Below, one piece after another: positions 39,850 through 51,530 of a DNA stretch of 64,000 nucleotides. How positions within the stretch are numbered: position 1 is the stretch's first letter; each line of letters starts with the position of its first letter. The translations under genes were made by a program, and so were the position numbers. The stretch spans positions 45,634,001 through 45,698,000 of the forward strand of contig NW_024704742.1 of assembly GCF_018977255.1 (NCBI RefSeq). Direction: 5' to 3'. This DNA comes from Callorhinchus milii. Taxonomy: Eukaryota. A model generated the notes under the pieces. That model made no database searches. It was not told where the DNA came from and was given only the letters and a program-made list of their open reading frames with translations.

Positions 39850-40270
39850 TCCTCATCAGGCTCCACTGACTCCCTGTTTCTGAATGGATCAATTTGAAAG
39901 TACTCACCTATAAATATTTTCATGCTTTCAAGATCATCTCCCTATGATGCTCCCATACCTCCCGGTTTTACTCATCTCCTTCACTTGGTAAACTTAGGCC
40001 GGCAGCTGCGCTCTTCACCCCATCATCAGTGACCAAGCCTTCAGCAACTTCACCCCCACACTCTGGAAATCCCTCTCTTTATTCCTCTGCCTCATCCCCT
40101 TTCGACCTGTCTTTGAATCCCTTCTGAAAACCTACCTACCTTTTTGACTTTGCCTCTGATCACCTTCCCACTTCCTTTCCTCCTATGTTCGGCATACAAC
40201 ACCATCCCTGTGAAGTGCTCCAAGATGGTGTTCTATGTGACAGTCACTATCTAAATAAATGTTGTCATTG
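39850..40270 (+). mobile_element. Old L2 3' fragment
   Basis: ggctccactgactccc (LHWLP-like), ctctggaaatccct and a tail-like end. Confidence 0.7.
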
Positions 40271-40969
40271 TACATTAATGGCAGAAAAATTCCACTGGAG
40301 TTATAATCATTTGTTTGAGATCTACAGATAAAGTCAGGTCTCATAGAGCTTTCTCCAAGACTTTGAATTAGATATTGGCTGACTTGCTGTATGTAGATGT
40401 CAGCTTAAATTTCTTTGGGTCTCTGATCAGGATCCAACGTTTTTGTAGTGAAAATTGACTCTGTATTAATCAGTCATTGTAATATCTCACACTGTTTGCC
40501 ACTGAGCAACCCTCCTCCACACTTTCATCCAGAGACATTTCCCTAGTTGTGTCACTGTTCAGTTCACCAATGTGTCTGTGAGATCCTCGGAGACTAAGTG
40601 TTCTCATGCATTTCTTATCACTTGCTGGGAGCTGCAATGCATACACTGTTTGGTCAAATATATCAGCAGTCCTGCCAAAATAACAATGTTTCACAAAATG
40701 TGTTTCTAAGGAAAAGCAATTCAAAGCAATAGAGCCACACGATAAATATTAACATTTTAAGTGCATGTCCGAAAACGATTTTCTCTGTGTGCAACATTGT
40801 AGTATATTTAATTCAGGGCAAAAGGAAAGCATCCCAGGGAAATGTAAACTTGCATAAAACATATTAAGAGGAATAGTAGCTTATCTCTACCTAAATACAA
40901 AATGGCACATTTATAGAATATAGTATGTGAAAATACAAATGAATGTATTAATCGTGATAAACTTTTTTC

Positions 40970-41252
40970 CCGCTGGTAGGGGATTCGGGTACAGGAATAA
41001 CATGAATTCAAGATTGTGAGTAGCGAAGTCAAAGGAGAGTTTAAAACAACTTTTTTTTTTGCCCAGAGGGCTGTCAGGGTATGGAATGATTTGTCAAGAG
41101 TTGCTATTGGAGCACTCAGTCAAGACATTAAAAGAAGAATTGGATGAGAACATGCCTCCTGTACAGCATAGAACTGGGAGTGGGATGGATTGCTTCCTGG
41201 AGGAACAAACATCAGAAATAAATTAATGGACCAAATGGATCTCTGCTGTATC
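40970..41252 (+). mobile_element. CR1 3' fragment
   Basis: cagagggctgtcagggtatggaatg..gaattggatg..atggaccaaatgg, typical of CR1 3' ends. Confidence 0.65.
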
Positions 41253-41409
41253 ATACATTCGCCTACAAACACACAGTCACTATATTTTACAGAATATCCT
41301 GTTAAATGCTTTAAAATGTCCTCCTGTTGTGAAAGGTGCTATACTAAATGTAAGAATTATTACTTATTATTATTTCTACTATGCTATGGAGCGTGCCTGT
41401 ATATTTGTT

Positions 41410-42218
41410 GCTAACAAATTGCCAGAGGCTGCTGTCCATTCTGAAGGCAGATGTCCGGCAGATAGCTGATGAGGAAACTCTGAGGCTTGGTGTGACAGCT
41501 TCTGGAAGGCATTACCTCGAGTCCGAGTTCATGAACACAAGTTCGTACATCCAGTGCCTGGAATTCACCTTGATTGAGCTGTAGAGAGGCAAGCAGCTGC
41601 TGCTTAAATTCTGCACCTCCAATCGGTGGAACCATCGCTCAATGAGAAGGAATGTGTGCCTGAGCTGTGGACAGGAAGATGGTGACAATGCTCTGACACA
41701 TCTCCTGCTGAGATACATTGCCCCACCCACCAGGAAACCCGTAGGATGTTCCTTGTACCTACCTACCCATGCTTTTTCAATGTCGAATGACCATCTAGTG
41801 ACTATCCTTCTTGGGGTGGGAGATAAGCGGGGTCTCCTTGGAACTTAACTGGCTCGAAGGTGACATGCCTGGCAATGGAATGTTGGAATCGTGCGAGTCC
41901 TCTGTGGTGGTTTCGATAGTCCAGTTCCTGACCCAGGATGGTCTGCAGTATTCCAGGACACTGTCGATGACAGCACAGCCAGCCTGGCTCATCAACAGGA
42001 CCTGGAAGGGCAGACCAGTCACTGGGAGAAGGGAGTCATCCTACTCAGCTTCTGTTGACTCTTGCCAACCTGCGTCTGCTACTTTCCCGAATTAGGTAAG
42101 CAGGGTTCCTTCCACGGACAGAGTATGCATTCCATTCCAGCAATCTCTCTCTGGGATTTCCATGTGTAGCTCTTAAGCATGGTGATGGGTTTCCACATGT
42201 GTTAGACTGACCAAAAAA
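41410..42218 (+). mobile_element. Family C, longest copy: ORF C-terminal remnant, 3' UTR and A tail
   Basis: Reads RGKQLLLKFCTSNRW..VCLSCGQEDGDNALTHLLL, then ~480 bp shared with the other copies, ending gactgaccaaaaaa. Confidence 0.72.
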
Positions 42219-42219
42219 T

Positions 42220-42550
42220 AACATTTCAATGCAGTGCAGGCGGAGCACTCCATTGTTGGAAGTGCCATCCTTCACATGTTAAACCGAAGTCTGACTGATC
42301 AGGTTGACGTTAAAGATCCCATGGCTCTACTTAAAAAGAAAAGGAGTTCCTGCCAATGTCCTGGCCAACAATCCCTCAATTTAAAATGTTATTCTTTTAT
42401 GTTTCAAATTCATGGCTGGTTGTGGCTGTACACATATTGAATGTCATGTTTGCTTACACAGTTAATACACTTTATCCTGTGTGGCATATCCTGCAAAATG
42501 CTCCTGATGTGAAAGGCCCTATACCTGATGTAAGGATTATTATAATTGTA
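42220..42550 (+). mobile_element. SINE-B 3' part
   Basis: cattgttggaagtgccatcc..gttaaaccga..gttaaagatcccatggc..gtcctggccaacaatccc, then tail. Confidence 0.8.
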
Positions 42551-43024
42551 ATTGAGAATCTCGGATTCAATTACATTTTAGAAATTTGGTGACTGATTCC
42601 CAAAATAGAAACCGAACGAGCAAATTTATCACATTTGTGCAATAATGAGAGGTTATGTATATGGGTGATGGATTGGTCAATGATATAAAGGTGCAGTGAA
42701 AATCATAATTTTTAGTCTGGTGTTTTTCATATTGGTGATGGGAAATGGGGGAAAAAGCCTTAAATTAGGAAAAGCAATGATTACTATTCCATCAATAATT
42801 AATTATAGCTTGTGATTAATCAGGTAAAAAAAACCTGTTGAACCGAGCATCCTGAGCGTAGCTTTTCACAATCAAAGAACACGGGTGTATTCCCAAATCT
42901 TGACTAATTAAATCAATGTTAATGGTATACAATATGTGGAACATTTGAAATTCTTAACTGTAGAAATGCTCATCATTTCTGTCTCTTTTCCTGATTCAAA
43001 TACAATAATAGCAACAACAAAACT

Positions 43025-43346
43025 GAGTCCTGTAGCTCAGTGGTTAGAGCACTCGCTTTGCAAGTGAGAGACCTGAGTTCAATTGCCGGCAGGGCGAAAC
43101 CTTGGGCAAGTTTCCTTACTCCACACGCCTAATAATAATCCTTCCAAAACTAAAAACGATAATAAAACAATTGGTCATTTTCAATCTACCACTGTTTGTG
43201 GAACATTGCTGTGCGCAATTGGCTGCCGCATTCGCCCACAAATATACGGTCAATTCACTTTACAGTGTGTTCTGTGAAGCGCTTTGGGACGTCCTCCTGA
43301 CGTGAAAAGCGCTATATCAAATGCAAGGATTATTATTATTATTATT
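43025..43346 (+). mobile_element. SINE-A short form, young, full length
   Basis: gagtcctgtagctcagtggttagagc head, tail agcgctttgggacgtcctcctgacgtgaaaagcgct and (att)n. Confidence 0.95.
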
Positions 43347-43554
43347 TATATAGCACCTCTCACGCAGGGTAGCGTGTTTATCTTCCAGATAAACATGTCG
43401 GTCTTATTTAGCAATTATTGTTTAACCTCTTTGTGGAATTAGCTCTACTTTTATAAGATGCCTGGAAGTATTAATAGGTCCTGACTCACATTATCATTGG
43501 TTGCAAGCAGAGCATCATGTCAGTTTGCAGATTATGAATATAACTTTGGATTCT

Positions 43555-43767
43555 TTTCGAATTGTACCATGAGATCTTTAACATCCATCTGAACAGGTAG
43601 ATGACCTCTCATTTTAACGTGTGATCCAAAGACACCTACAGCAATGCGGCACAGCCCCAGCACTGCTTTGGAAGGGCAGGATAGATTATATGAGTTCCAC
43701 GTCCAAACATGAGGCTTGAACCTACAACTTTCTGACTCAGAGATGAGTCAACTGAGCCAGGTTGACA
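43555..43767 (-). mobile_element. SINE-B 5' half
   Basis: ccatgagatctttaacatcc..cttgaacctacaactttctgactcagag..caactgagcca. Confidence 0.8.
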
Positions 43768-44745
43768 CAAATGGGTGATAAATAAAGGAGGCACTAGGCT
43801 GGATGGATACATAATGCTGCTGGAACAGCGGAAGCTGCTTTCAACCTTTTTGTACAATAATTTTATGCATTCCTTTTCTCACTGTTGCTGAATGTTTAGT
43901 TCCCTGCTCTTCCTTTTAGCTTAATTGGTAGGATCATATTGTGGCAATTTTTGTGAAGTTAGTGTGTGATTAATTGGTTGGTTTAAACAGTGAATTTTAA
44001 TTACAGTTGACCTTTGTCTCTTGATGCAGCAGGGAAAGAGGGAATAAGGTTGGTAATGAGCACAGAGTAACCATAATGCGTCCAAAATGATACTAATCTT
44101 TGTGCAGTGACACTTAGCAGAGCACTTGTCACTGGACAAAACATCGTTATATGTAGGACATCAGGAGAAGAGATTAAAGAGTCTTACAATAGCAGAGCAG
44201 CAAGGATTAAAATGTATTGTAAGGGCCAATCTCTAGACTTCCAACTCAAAACGCAGCAATACGGCTTCAAGTATACTATATCATGATTGTTACTGATTAA
44301 TGAGATCGAACTTTTTTTGTAAAAGTTTTGAAGAATGAAGTAAACATGATAAATATTATAGTATTGGAGTGTGCTCTGAGAAAATATGATTGTTGGGACA
44401 ATAATATTTTATGGGTTTCTAGATTAGTGCAATAATTCAGGTTGAAGCCTGACAGTAGTCTTACCCTTGAGTATTTGTATGAAAAACTACCTCCCCTCAT
44501 ATCTAATACATAGACTTTTAAAATACATTGCAGTTATATTTAGTTTGAAAATATACCTTACCTGACAATCATGATGTGTCTGTCGCTGGGCACTCCTCAT
44601 CACAGTAAACTGAGCTTTTAGACAAAGCAATCTTAATCTTGATGCTCCACGTAAAGAAGTGAGTAATAGTCTTTGCATTTGATCTAGCGCCTTATCAGTT
44701 TGTCAAAATGTCTCAATGGACTTCACATGGTTTACTGTAAAGTAT

Positions 44746-45098
44746 TGTGGAGTCCTGTAGCTTAGTGGTTAGAACACTCACCTCGCAAGTGAGAGGACCT
44801 GAGTTTGATTCCTGGTCAAGGCAAAATGTTGAGCAACTTTCCTGACTCTACATGCCTCTGTTTACCTACCAGTAAAATAGGAACTCAGTTGTTAGTTGAT
44901 TGGTCCCATTTTTGGGGATAATAATCTCTTACAAAAAAAAGTACCAAGTCCAAACTGTTTGTCGGACACTGCTGTGCACAATTGTCTGTCGTATATCACA
45001 AAATATACAGTCAATTTACTTCACAGTATGTTCTGTGAAAGGGTTTGAAATGTCTCAAAGACATGATAAGGCACTATATCAAATGCAAGTATTATTAT
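44746..45098 (+). mobile_element. SINE-A long form nested in a minus-strand SINE-B
   Basis: Runs from a tgtggagtcctgtagc head to an (att)n tail, followed by an L2 tail at 45099-45162. Host SINE-B pieces lie at 44670-44745 and 45165-45497. Confidence 0.85.
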
Positions 45099-47483
45099 TC
45101 AGCTCCTTGGGACATTTTTCCGACATGAAAGTCGCTATATAAATGTAAATTGTTGTTGTTGTAGCTGTATTTGTGAACTGACGTCCCATCCAATTTGCAC
45201 GCACCAACGTCCTACAAACAAAGTTTAACTGAATGATTTCATCTGAACTGTTGGCCAGGACAACAAGAGAAACAGCCTTTTCTTTTCAAATACAGGAGGA
45301 TCTTTAATATCTATCTGAACAGGAAAACACAATGTCTGATGTCTCATACAAAGGATGACTCCTCTGACAATGCATTGCTTTCCCAGTATTGAACTGGTTT
45401 GTGTGCTAGTCAAGGCAATGAGCTCAAGACATGGCAATTAAACCCACAGACATCTGACTCAAAGGTGAGAGAGTTACCAACTGAGCAAGTCTGACACCTG
45501 TGGAGTAGAGGGTAATGAGGGGAGTCATGAAAAAGCAAATAAACCATTGTGGTATAGCTTTATGATCGGAAACATTTTTTCTATAAAAATCATACCAACA
45601 CTTAATTGGATGAAACTTGAGGTGTTTCATGATGTGACAAACAAGAATATTATGAAATGCTAATAATTTCACCCTCTCTCACAATGCAATAGTAGGAATT
45701 TTGTAATATGCAGAAGAATTAACAAAAAATAAGAATTTTAACACCTAAAGAGTACATAGGAAGATCATTGTTGAATCCAATTTTAACATTGAAGTCAATT
45801 TCCTGTAAATCCTAGAAGAACTTTCAATCAGTTTCAAGGTTGATGAGTATTTAGGAATTTGACAAATTCTTAACACTCTGAAGCTTTACAGTAAAACTAG
45901 ATCAAGGTGCAATTTCTGCCCAGGAATCCGACATTTCCTCAGTTGGAAAAAAATTTCAACCAAGATGTATTTTAACAATGAAAAGAAGTTCTACAAAAGA
46001 GCTGCAGAAAATTGAAGGATGATGTAACCAAACCTTACAGTATTTAACTGAGGAAAGGCTGCAGGTTCAGTCACTGTATAATCTCTGTCTTATATTGTAA
46101 CCCTAGTGTCAGTTACTGTTATGAGTTATATTGCAACTGAAATGCCTCTAAAATTGTCTGGAATCAGGTCCCTCCTGTATAGTGTGATTATTGCAGTTCA
46201 GTTACCAACTGGGTAAAACTGGAACACAAGAATATTTTGGTATTTATGCATTTGCTTGACAGGATTATATCACACAAATATTCAGGATCAATTCAGACAT
46301 AGTTTTGTTGGAGGTATTAAACCTTAGCTTTTATTAAAGTAAGGATAAGTTGAATTGAATGAGTTTATTCAATGAGTTGATACATCATATGCAGTTTTGA
46401 GGTCTGATCCCAATTTGTGCTGAGTTTGTTGTTTCTTGATCCTCTAGTCTGGATATTATTCCTCAAAAGATGGAGTCAAACACATTCATACAGGAGGGGG
46501 ATGGAAATAATAAAAGAGGAAAAAATAGGTTGGGTTAATAAGAAACTAGAGATTCGAGATAAAACAGTAGTGAAATACTCTATGTTGCCAATTGTCTCCT
46601 TATATTCTCCTTTCCTCGTGTGATTTACATGGTATTTTTCCATGATTTTATAACTCAAATCGCAGCTGATCTAAAGTTTTCTTTACAGGATCATTGTGAT
46701 ATTGTTGCAGAACTTTCAGGGTGTTCCTGATGGGATAAAAGTGGAAATCCCATGAGTTTCTCTAAATAGTGCACATTTTTTACTTCCAGAATGTACCTGT
46801 GGATATGAGGGTGCTCTATGTGCATGAAGAATAGTAGGATTGCAGTATCATGTAGATAACTACTTAGAGGAGCAGGAAACAGTTTCAGTTTCAGGGGTAC
46901 ATTTTAATGCAGAGACACAGAGGCTATTTAAGTGCAAGTTGTTGTTGTTGGAAGTGTAGGTCACGTTTTATCCTGTATATTAGGCATTGACAATAATAGA
47001 TAGATTTCATATTAGTGATACATGGTACAAGTGTGTAATACAGTTAACCAGGGAATATCTCTTCTTGTAGGACTTTTGAATTGTTCCCTTTATTCATTTT
47101 CCTTAACAGTTTCTAGTTTTCATCTTCTGTTCCTCCTGATTATTCCTTATGCTTTCATTCCCTCCTTCGTTATTCCTATTTGCAGCTGTTTTCTGTGTTA
47201 TTTTTCTAACTTCTTCCTCGCTTTCCATTTGCTGTAGTCTCAGTCCAAGTTTGTTTCAGTTTCTTATTTGATATATTGACTTCCTGCTTTCTAAATTTGT
47301 CTTTGAGCGAGAAGGAAGTAGAGGGGTATGAGAGAGGGCATTAGTATGAGTATAGGCTCACATGGAGTATAAACACTGGCACAAATTAGTTGGCCTATTT
47401 CTGTGCTATAATATTCTATGTAATTTTTATCTTCTATCAGTTTCATATCCTTCCAAGTAGTGATTGAAATGTGATATCCTTTT

Positions 47484-47791
47484 ATCCTTGCATTTGATAT
47501 AGCGCTTTTCACGTCGGGAGGACGTCCCAAAGCGCTTCACAGAACACACTGTAAAGTCAATTGACTGTATATTTGTGGGCGAACGCGGCAGCCAATTGCG
47601 CAAAGCAATGTCCCACAAACAGTCGTAGGTTGAAAATGACCAATTTATTATTGTTCTTTTTTTTTTTGAGGGATTATTATTAGGCGTGTGGAATAAGGAA
47701 ACTTGCCCAAGGTTTCGCCCTGCCTGGAATTGAACTCAGGTCTCTCGCTTGCAAAGCGAGTGCTCTAACCACTGAGCTACAGGACTCCACA
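47484..47791 (-). mobile_element. SINE-A short form, young
   Basis: Nearly the reverse complement of 43025-43330, with a perfect ctcgc/gcgag anticodon-like stem. Confidence 0.95.
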
Positions 47792-48496
47792 TGGCTCATA
47801 CATCTATGTTCTTGTTTCTTCAGCAGTGATTATACTCTCAACATCAGTGCATTGTTTACTGATATAAATGGTCAATGAATCGTTCAAATTAAAAAGTAAA
47901 GCCAAATAGCTGGAAATCTGAAAAAAAGAGAAAGTCTGGAAGATGCGCAGGGGATCGATGAGCATCTGGAAGAGAAAGATAGATATTAGTATAGCATTAA
48001 CCTATCTTTGTCTTTCAAATGCTATGCATTTTGTGTGATTTCTGTTTGTATGTGACACAAGGTTATCAATTCAGAAGGATAATATGTCAGTACAACCTGC
48101 CACAATAATTTTATTTTACAGTCGTGAACAACAGACATTGTTGGAGATATCTGAATGTAGATGTGATCCTGGGGAGCTGTTATAAGCAAAAATATGCAGC
48201 CTCAAGCTACAGCTCCACTGCTGTCCAGTTCACCACCAAACAGTTTACTATCATTTTCAATCCATTACCTTACCCTTATCTTCCATCTGATATCTGGGCA
48301 CTCATCTCCAGGCCATTTCTGACTTGGTTTGTATCAAGAGATTATAGTGAGCTACGTAAAGGTATTCCTTTGATAAAAGTCCTCTTGATTTCTGTTTGGC
48401 CATGCAGATCCATGCACATCTGGGTTGTGCATAATCAAAGAAGGGACATTGGTTTTACTTGTGAGTCTGGTGTCCTACACCAGTTGATGAGTCATT

Positions 48497-48787
48497 AACT
48501 AGAGCACATAGATTTAAGGTAGTTACCAAAAGAACAATGAGTGATTAGAAAAATTATTTTTTTACAAACAAAGAGTTGTTAGGATGTGAAATCTCCTGCC
48601 TGGATCTGTGGTTAAGACAGAATCAATATTAACTTTTAAGAGGAAATGAATAAATATCTGAAGAGGTAAATTCTGAAAGGGTTTGGGGTGGGGGGGCTTG
48701 ACTGGGGAAAGAGATTAAATGGATGGCACAGACATGATGGACTTAATGGCCTCCTTCTCTGCTGTAAATTACTATGGTTCTATGATA
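48497..48787 (+). mobile_element. CR1 3' end
   Basis: actagagcacatagatttaagg (TRAHRFK), aatggcctccttct and the tail ctatggttctatga. Confidence 0.8.
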
Positions 48788-50306
48788 ACAGATTCATGAA
48801 TGTAGCATACAGATGAAATGCCCTTTGGCATGCATAACACAGCATAGCTTTAATCACACCAGTGCTGTAGAGTGAGGTCTGACACACTCAGTTTTCTTAT
48901 CTTCAGATTCTGAAAGGTCGTGCTTTAATGTTAATTGCCCTCATTGCTGGACTAATTAACAAGTTCAAGGTCAGCTAGCAAAACAAATGCTATTGTGCCA
49001 ACATGTCTGTTGTGATGTTTGAGTTTCATTTGAATTAATTAGTGAAATACCTGTGTGTAAGTTGCCTTCCTAGTCAAGTGAAGATCAAAGCAAGCTACCA
49101 ACAAATATTTCATTAGGCCGCCATGTCAGTTAAGTGACGAGGACATCATTTGCATTCAGCATATAGGCTTTCTAAATACAGAACAAATATTAATTCTGGA
49201 GATGGTGTATGTGGATAATGCAGTGAAGTAGGATATACCAATGAAATAGGGTCTAATTTTCAGCTAATTTGTGACCATGGCTTTAGCCACCTCACTCCTA
49301 ACTTCTGAAACTCCCTGCTGCAATCTACCCACTTCACCCCTCTTTATCTGTCGACCTATGATCACCACGTCCTACTCCTCTCCCTTCTCCCTTGTTTGGC
49401 ATCCAACCCCACCACTGTGCAGTGCTCCAAGATCCTATCCTACATGCGCTATATAAATGCAAGTTGTTGTTGTAGTACTATTGTCCTCTTATTTGTAGGT
49501 CTCACAGGAAGAATGCTCACAAATGCATCCTTGATTCACATGCACAGAATATAATTTTTTAAAATAGTTTTCTTGTTGTTGATTCACTTTGATTTTCAGC
49601 TCCTTTACATTGGGATAGATTTACAAGCAGAAATCACAGGAGCATGAATATATGTGGTGATGCTATCTTTATTTTATCTACTTACAGATTTAAAGTTGGA
49701 GCTGAGATTCATCCAATGAATCCATTGGCAAATCAATAATAAATGAGATAAATGGAGTAATAGATGTAGCTTTCACTGAAAACATTTTAATTATTTAAAT
49801 AAATTGTTGTAACATTTTTAAATTGTTCATTACAATGTTCATTACATTGTTTGAAATGATAAAACATTAAATTTGGGATCCAAATTATAATTAGCTGTAA
49901 GTGAATAATTTAAATCACACAGGATATCATTGTACTATTACTATTTTTATACTTAATGTAATTAACCCTTTGCATGAGAGCAGGTATTCAGTAATTGGTG
50001 TCTTCATAGGTTGACGGATATAGTAATAATAATAATCCTCATATTTGATACAGTGCCTTTCACATCACGAAGATGCCTCAAAGCACTAGGTAGAATTTTG
50101 TTATAATGTGTAGTTACTGTGTTTTGCAGATAAATGCAGCAACCAATTTGCACACAGCAATGTCCCACAAACAGCCATTTTCAATTTTACCTAGGGCATT
50201 GTTGGAGAGGATAGCAGAAGAAATTCCTTTAACTTTTTGAATAGTACATAGAAAAGAGTAATAATATTCTCATAGTGTCTAGGCTATGAGATAAAATTGA
50301 TCATTC

Positions 50307-50650
50307 AGTCCTGTGGTTAGAGTGAGAGACCTGGGTTTGATTCCCGGCAGGGCGAAACGTTGGGCAAACTTCCTTACTCCACACGCCTTGTTTTACCTAG
50401 CAGTAAGTAGGAATCTGGCTGTTAATTGATAGGTGGATCGCTTTTCCGGGGGTAGTAACCACTTTAAAAAAAATTGGTCACTCTATCCATAACTGTTGTG
50501 CTCAATTGGCTGCTGGTTTCGCCAACAAAATATAGTCAATTCACTTTACGGTATACTCTGTGAAGTGTTTTTAGGTGTCTCGAAGACATGATAAGGCACT
50601 ATATCAAATGCAAGGATTAAATGCAAGGATTATTATTATTATTATTATTC
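50307..50650 (+). mobile_element. SINE-A long form
   Basis: Partly deleted head with B box gggtttgattcccgg, body and (att)n tail. It interrupts the SINE-B motif gatcattca|ct..atggctgttt. Confidence 0.85.
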
Positions 50651-50679
50651 ACTTTATGGCTGTTTATAGAACATCATCA

Positions 50680-51530
50680 ACAATAACAACAAAATTACAT
50701 TTGTATAGTGCCTTTCACATCGGGAGGATGTCCCAAGGTTCTGGATAGTCAGTGTTTCTGACCCGAGCTGGTGGTCTGATATTGGGAGGGTGGAGGGCAA
50801 GGGGGGGGAAGGACGATGATTGATAGCATGGTCGAAGAAGAGGGTCTTGAGATGGGTCTTGAAGCAGGCAAGGGAGGGGTGAGGTGTAGGGACTGTAGGA
50901 TGGAGTTCCAGTGGGTGGGGGCAGAGTGGCTGAATGCCCGCCTGCCAATGGTGGTGCGGGCGAGGGGTAGGATGTGAAGCTGGCTAGAGCATGTTGAGCG
51001 GAGGGAGCGGACAGGTTTGTGGGGGTTTAGGAGGTTGCAGAAGTAGGGGGAGCGAGGCCATGGAGGGCTTTGAAGGTGAGGATCAGGATCTTGAACTGTA
51101 TCCTCTGTGTGATGGGAAGCCAGTGGAGTCGCGCGAGGATAGGGATGATAAGGTCATGGAGTCTGGTGCAGGAGTGGGCATGGACTGCAGAGTTCTGGAT
51201 AATCTGCAGCCTATGGAGGGAAGAGTTGGGATAGTCAAGCCTGAAAGCTATGAATGTGTGTATGAGGGTTTCGGCTGCCTGCAGTATGAGACAATGGCAG
51301 AGCCGGGTGATGCGTAGGTTGGGGAAGGCAGAGGGAGTCATGGCATGGACGTGGGGTAGAAAGGATCAGGAGGGTTTTGATCTTGTTGATGGGGAGCAAC
51401 AACTTGTTCCAGGACCTTGGAAAGGAATGGGAGGTTGGCGGTGGGGCAGTAGTTTGAGAGCAGGAATGGTTCCAAGGAGGCTTTTTTAAGGACAGTAGTA
51501 ATGATGGGTATTTTTAAAGCGGTGAAAAAA
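50680..51530 (-). mobile_element. L2 3' fragment with internal deletion
   Basis: AAETLIHTF, LQIIQNSA, LHWLPITQRIQFKIL and NLPFLSKVLEQVV, with the tail at 50680. Confidence 0.9.

Noticed and set aside
40470..40724. 84-aa minus-strand ORF in unique sequence
   Set aside because: No recognisable homology and no linked exons; the length is compatible with chance.
43025..43100. tRNA gene-like sequences (also at 23.8, 25.9, 44.8, 47.7, 59.8 and 60.2 kb)
   Set aside because: There is no proper acceptor stem, and each continues into a SINE body and tail, so these are SINE heads.
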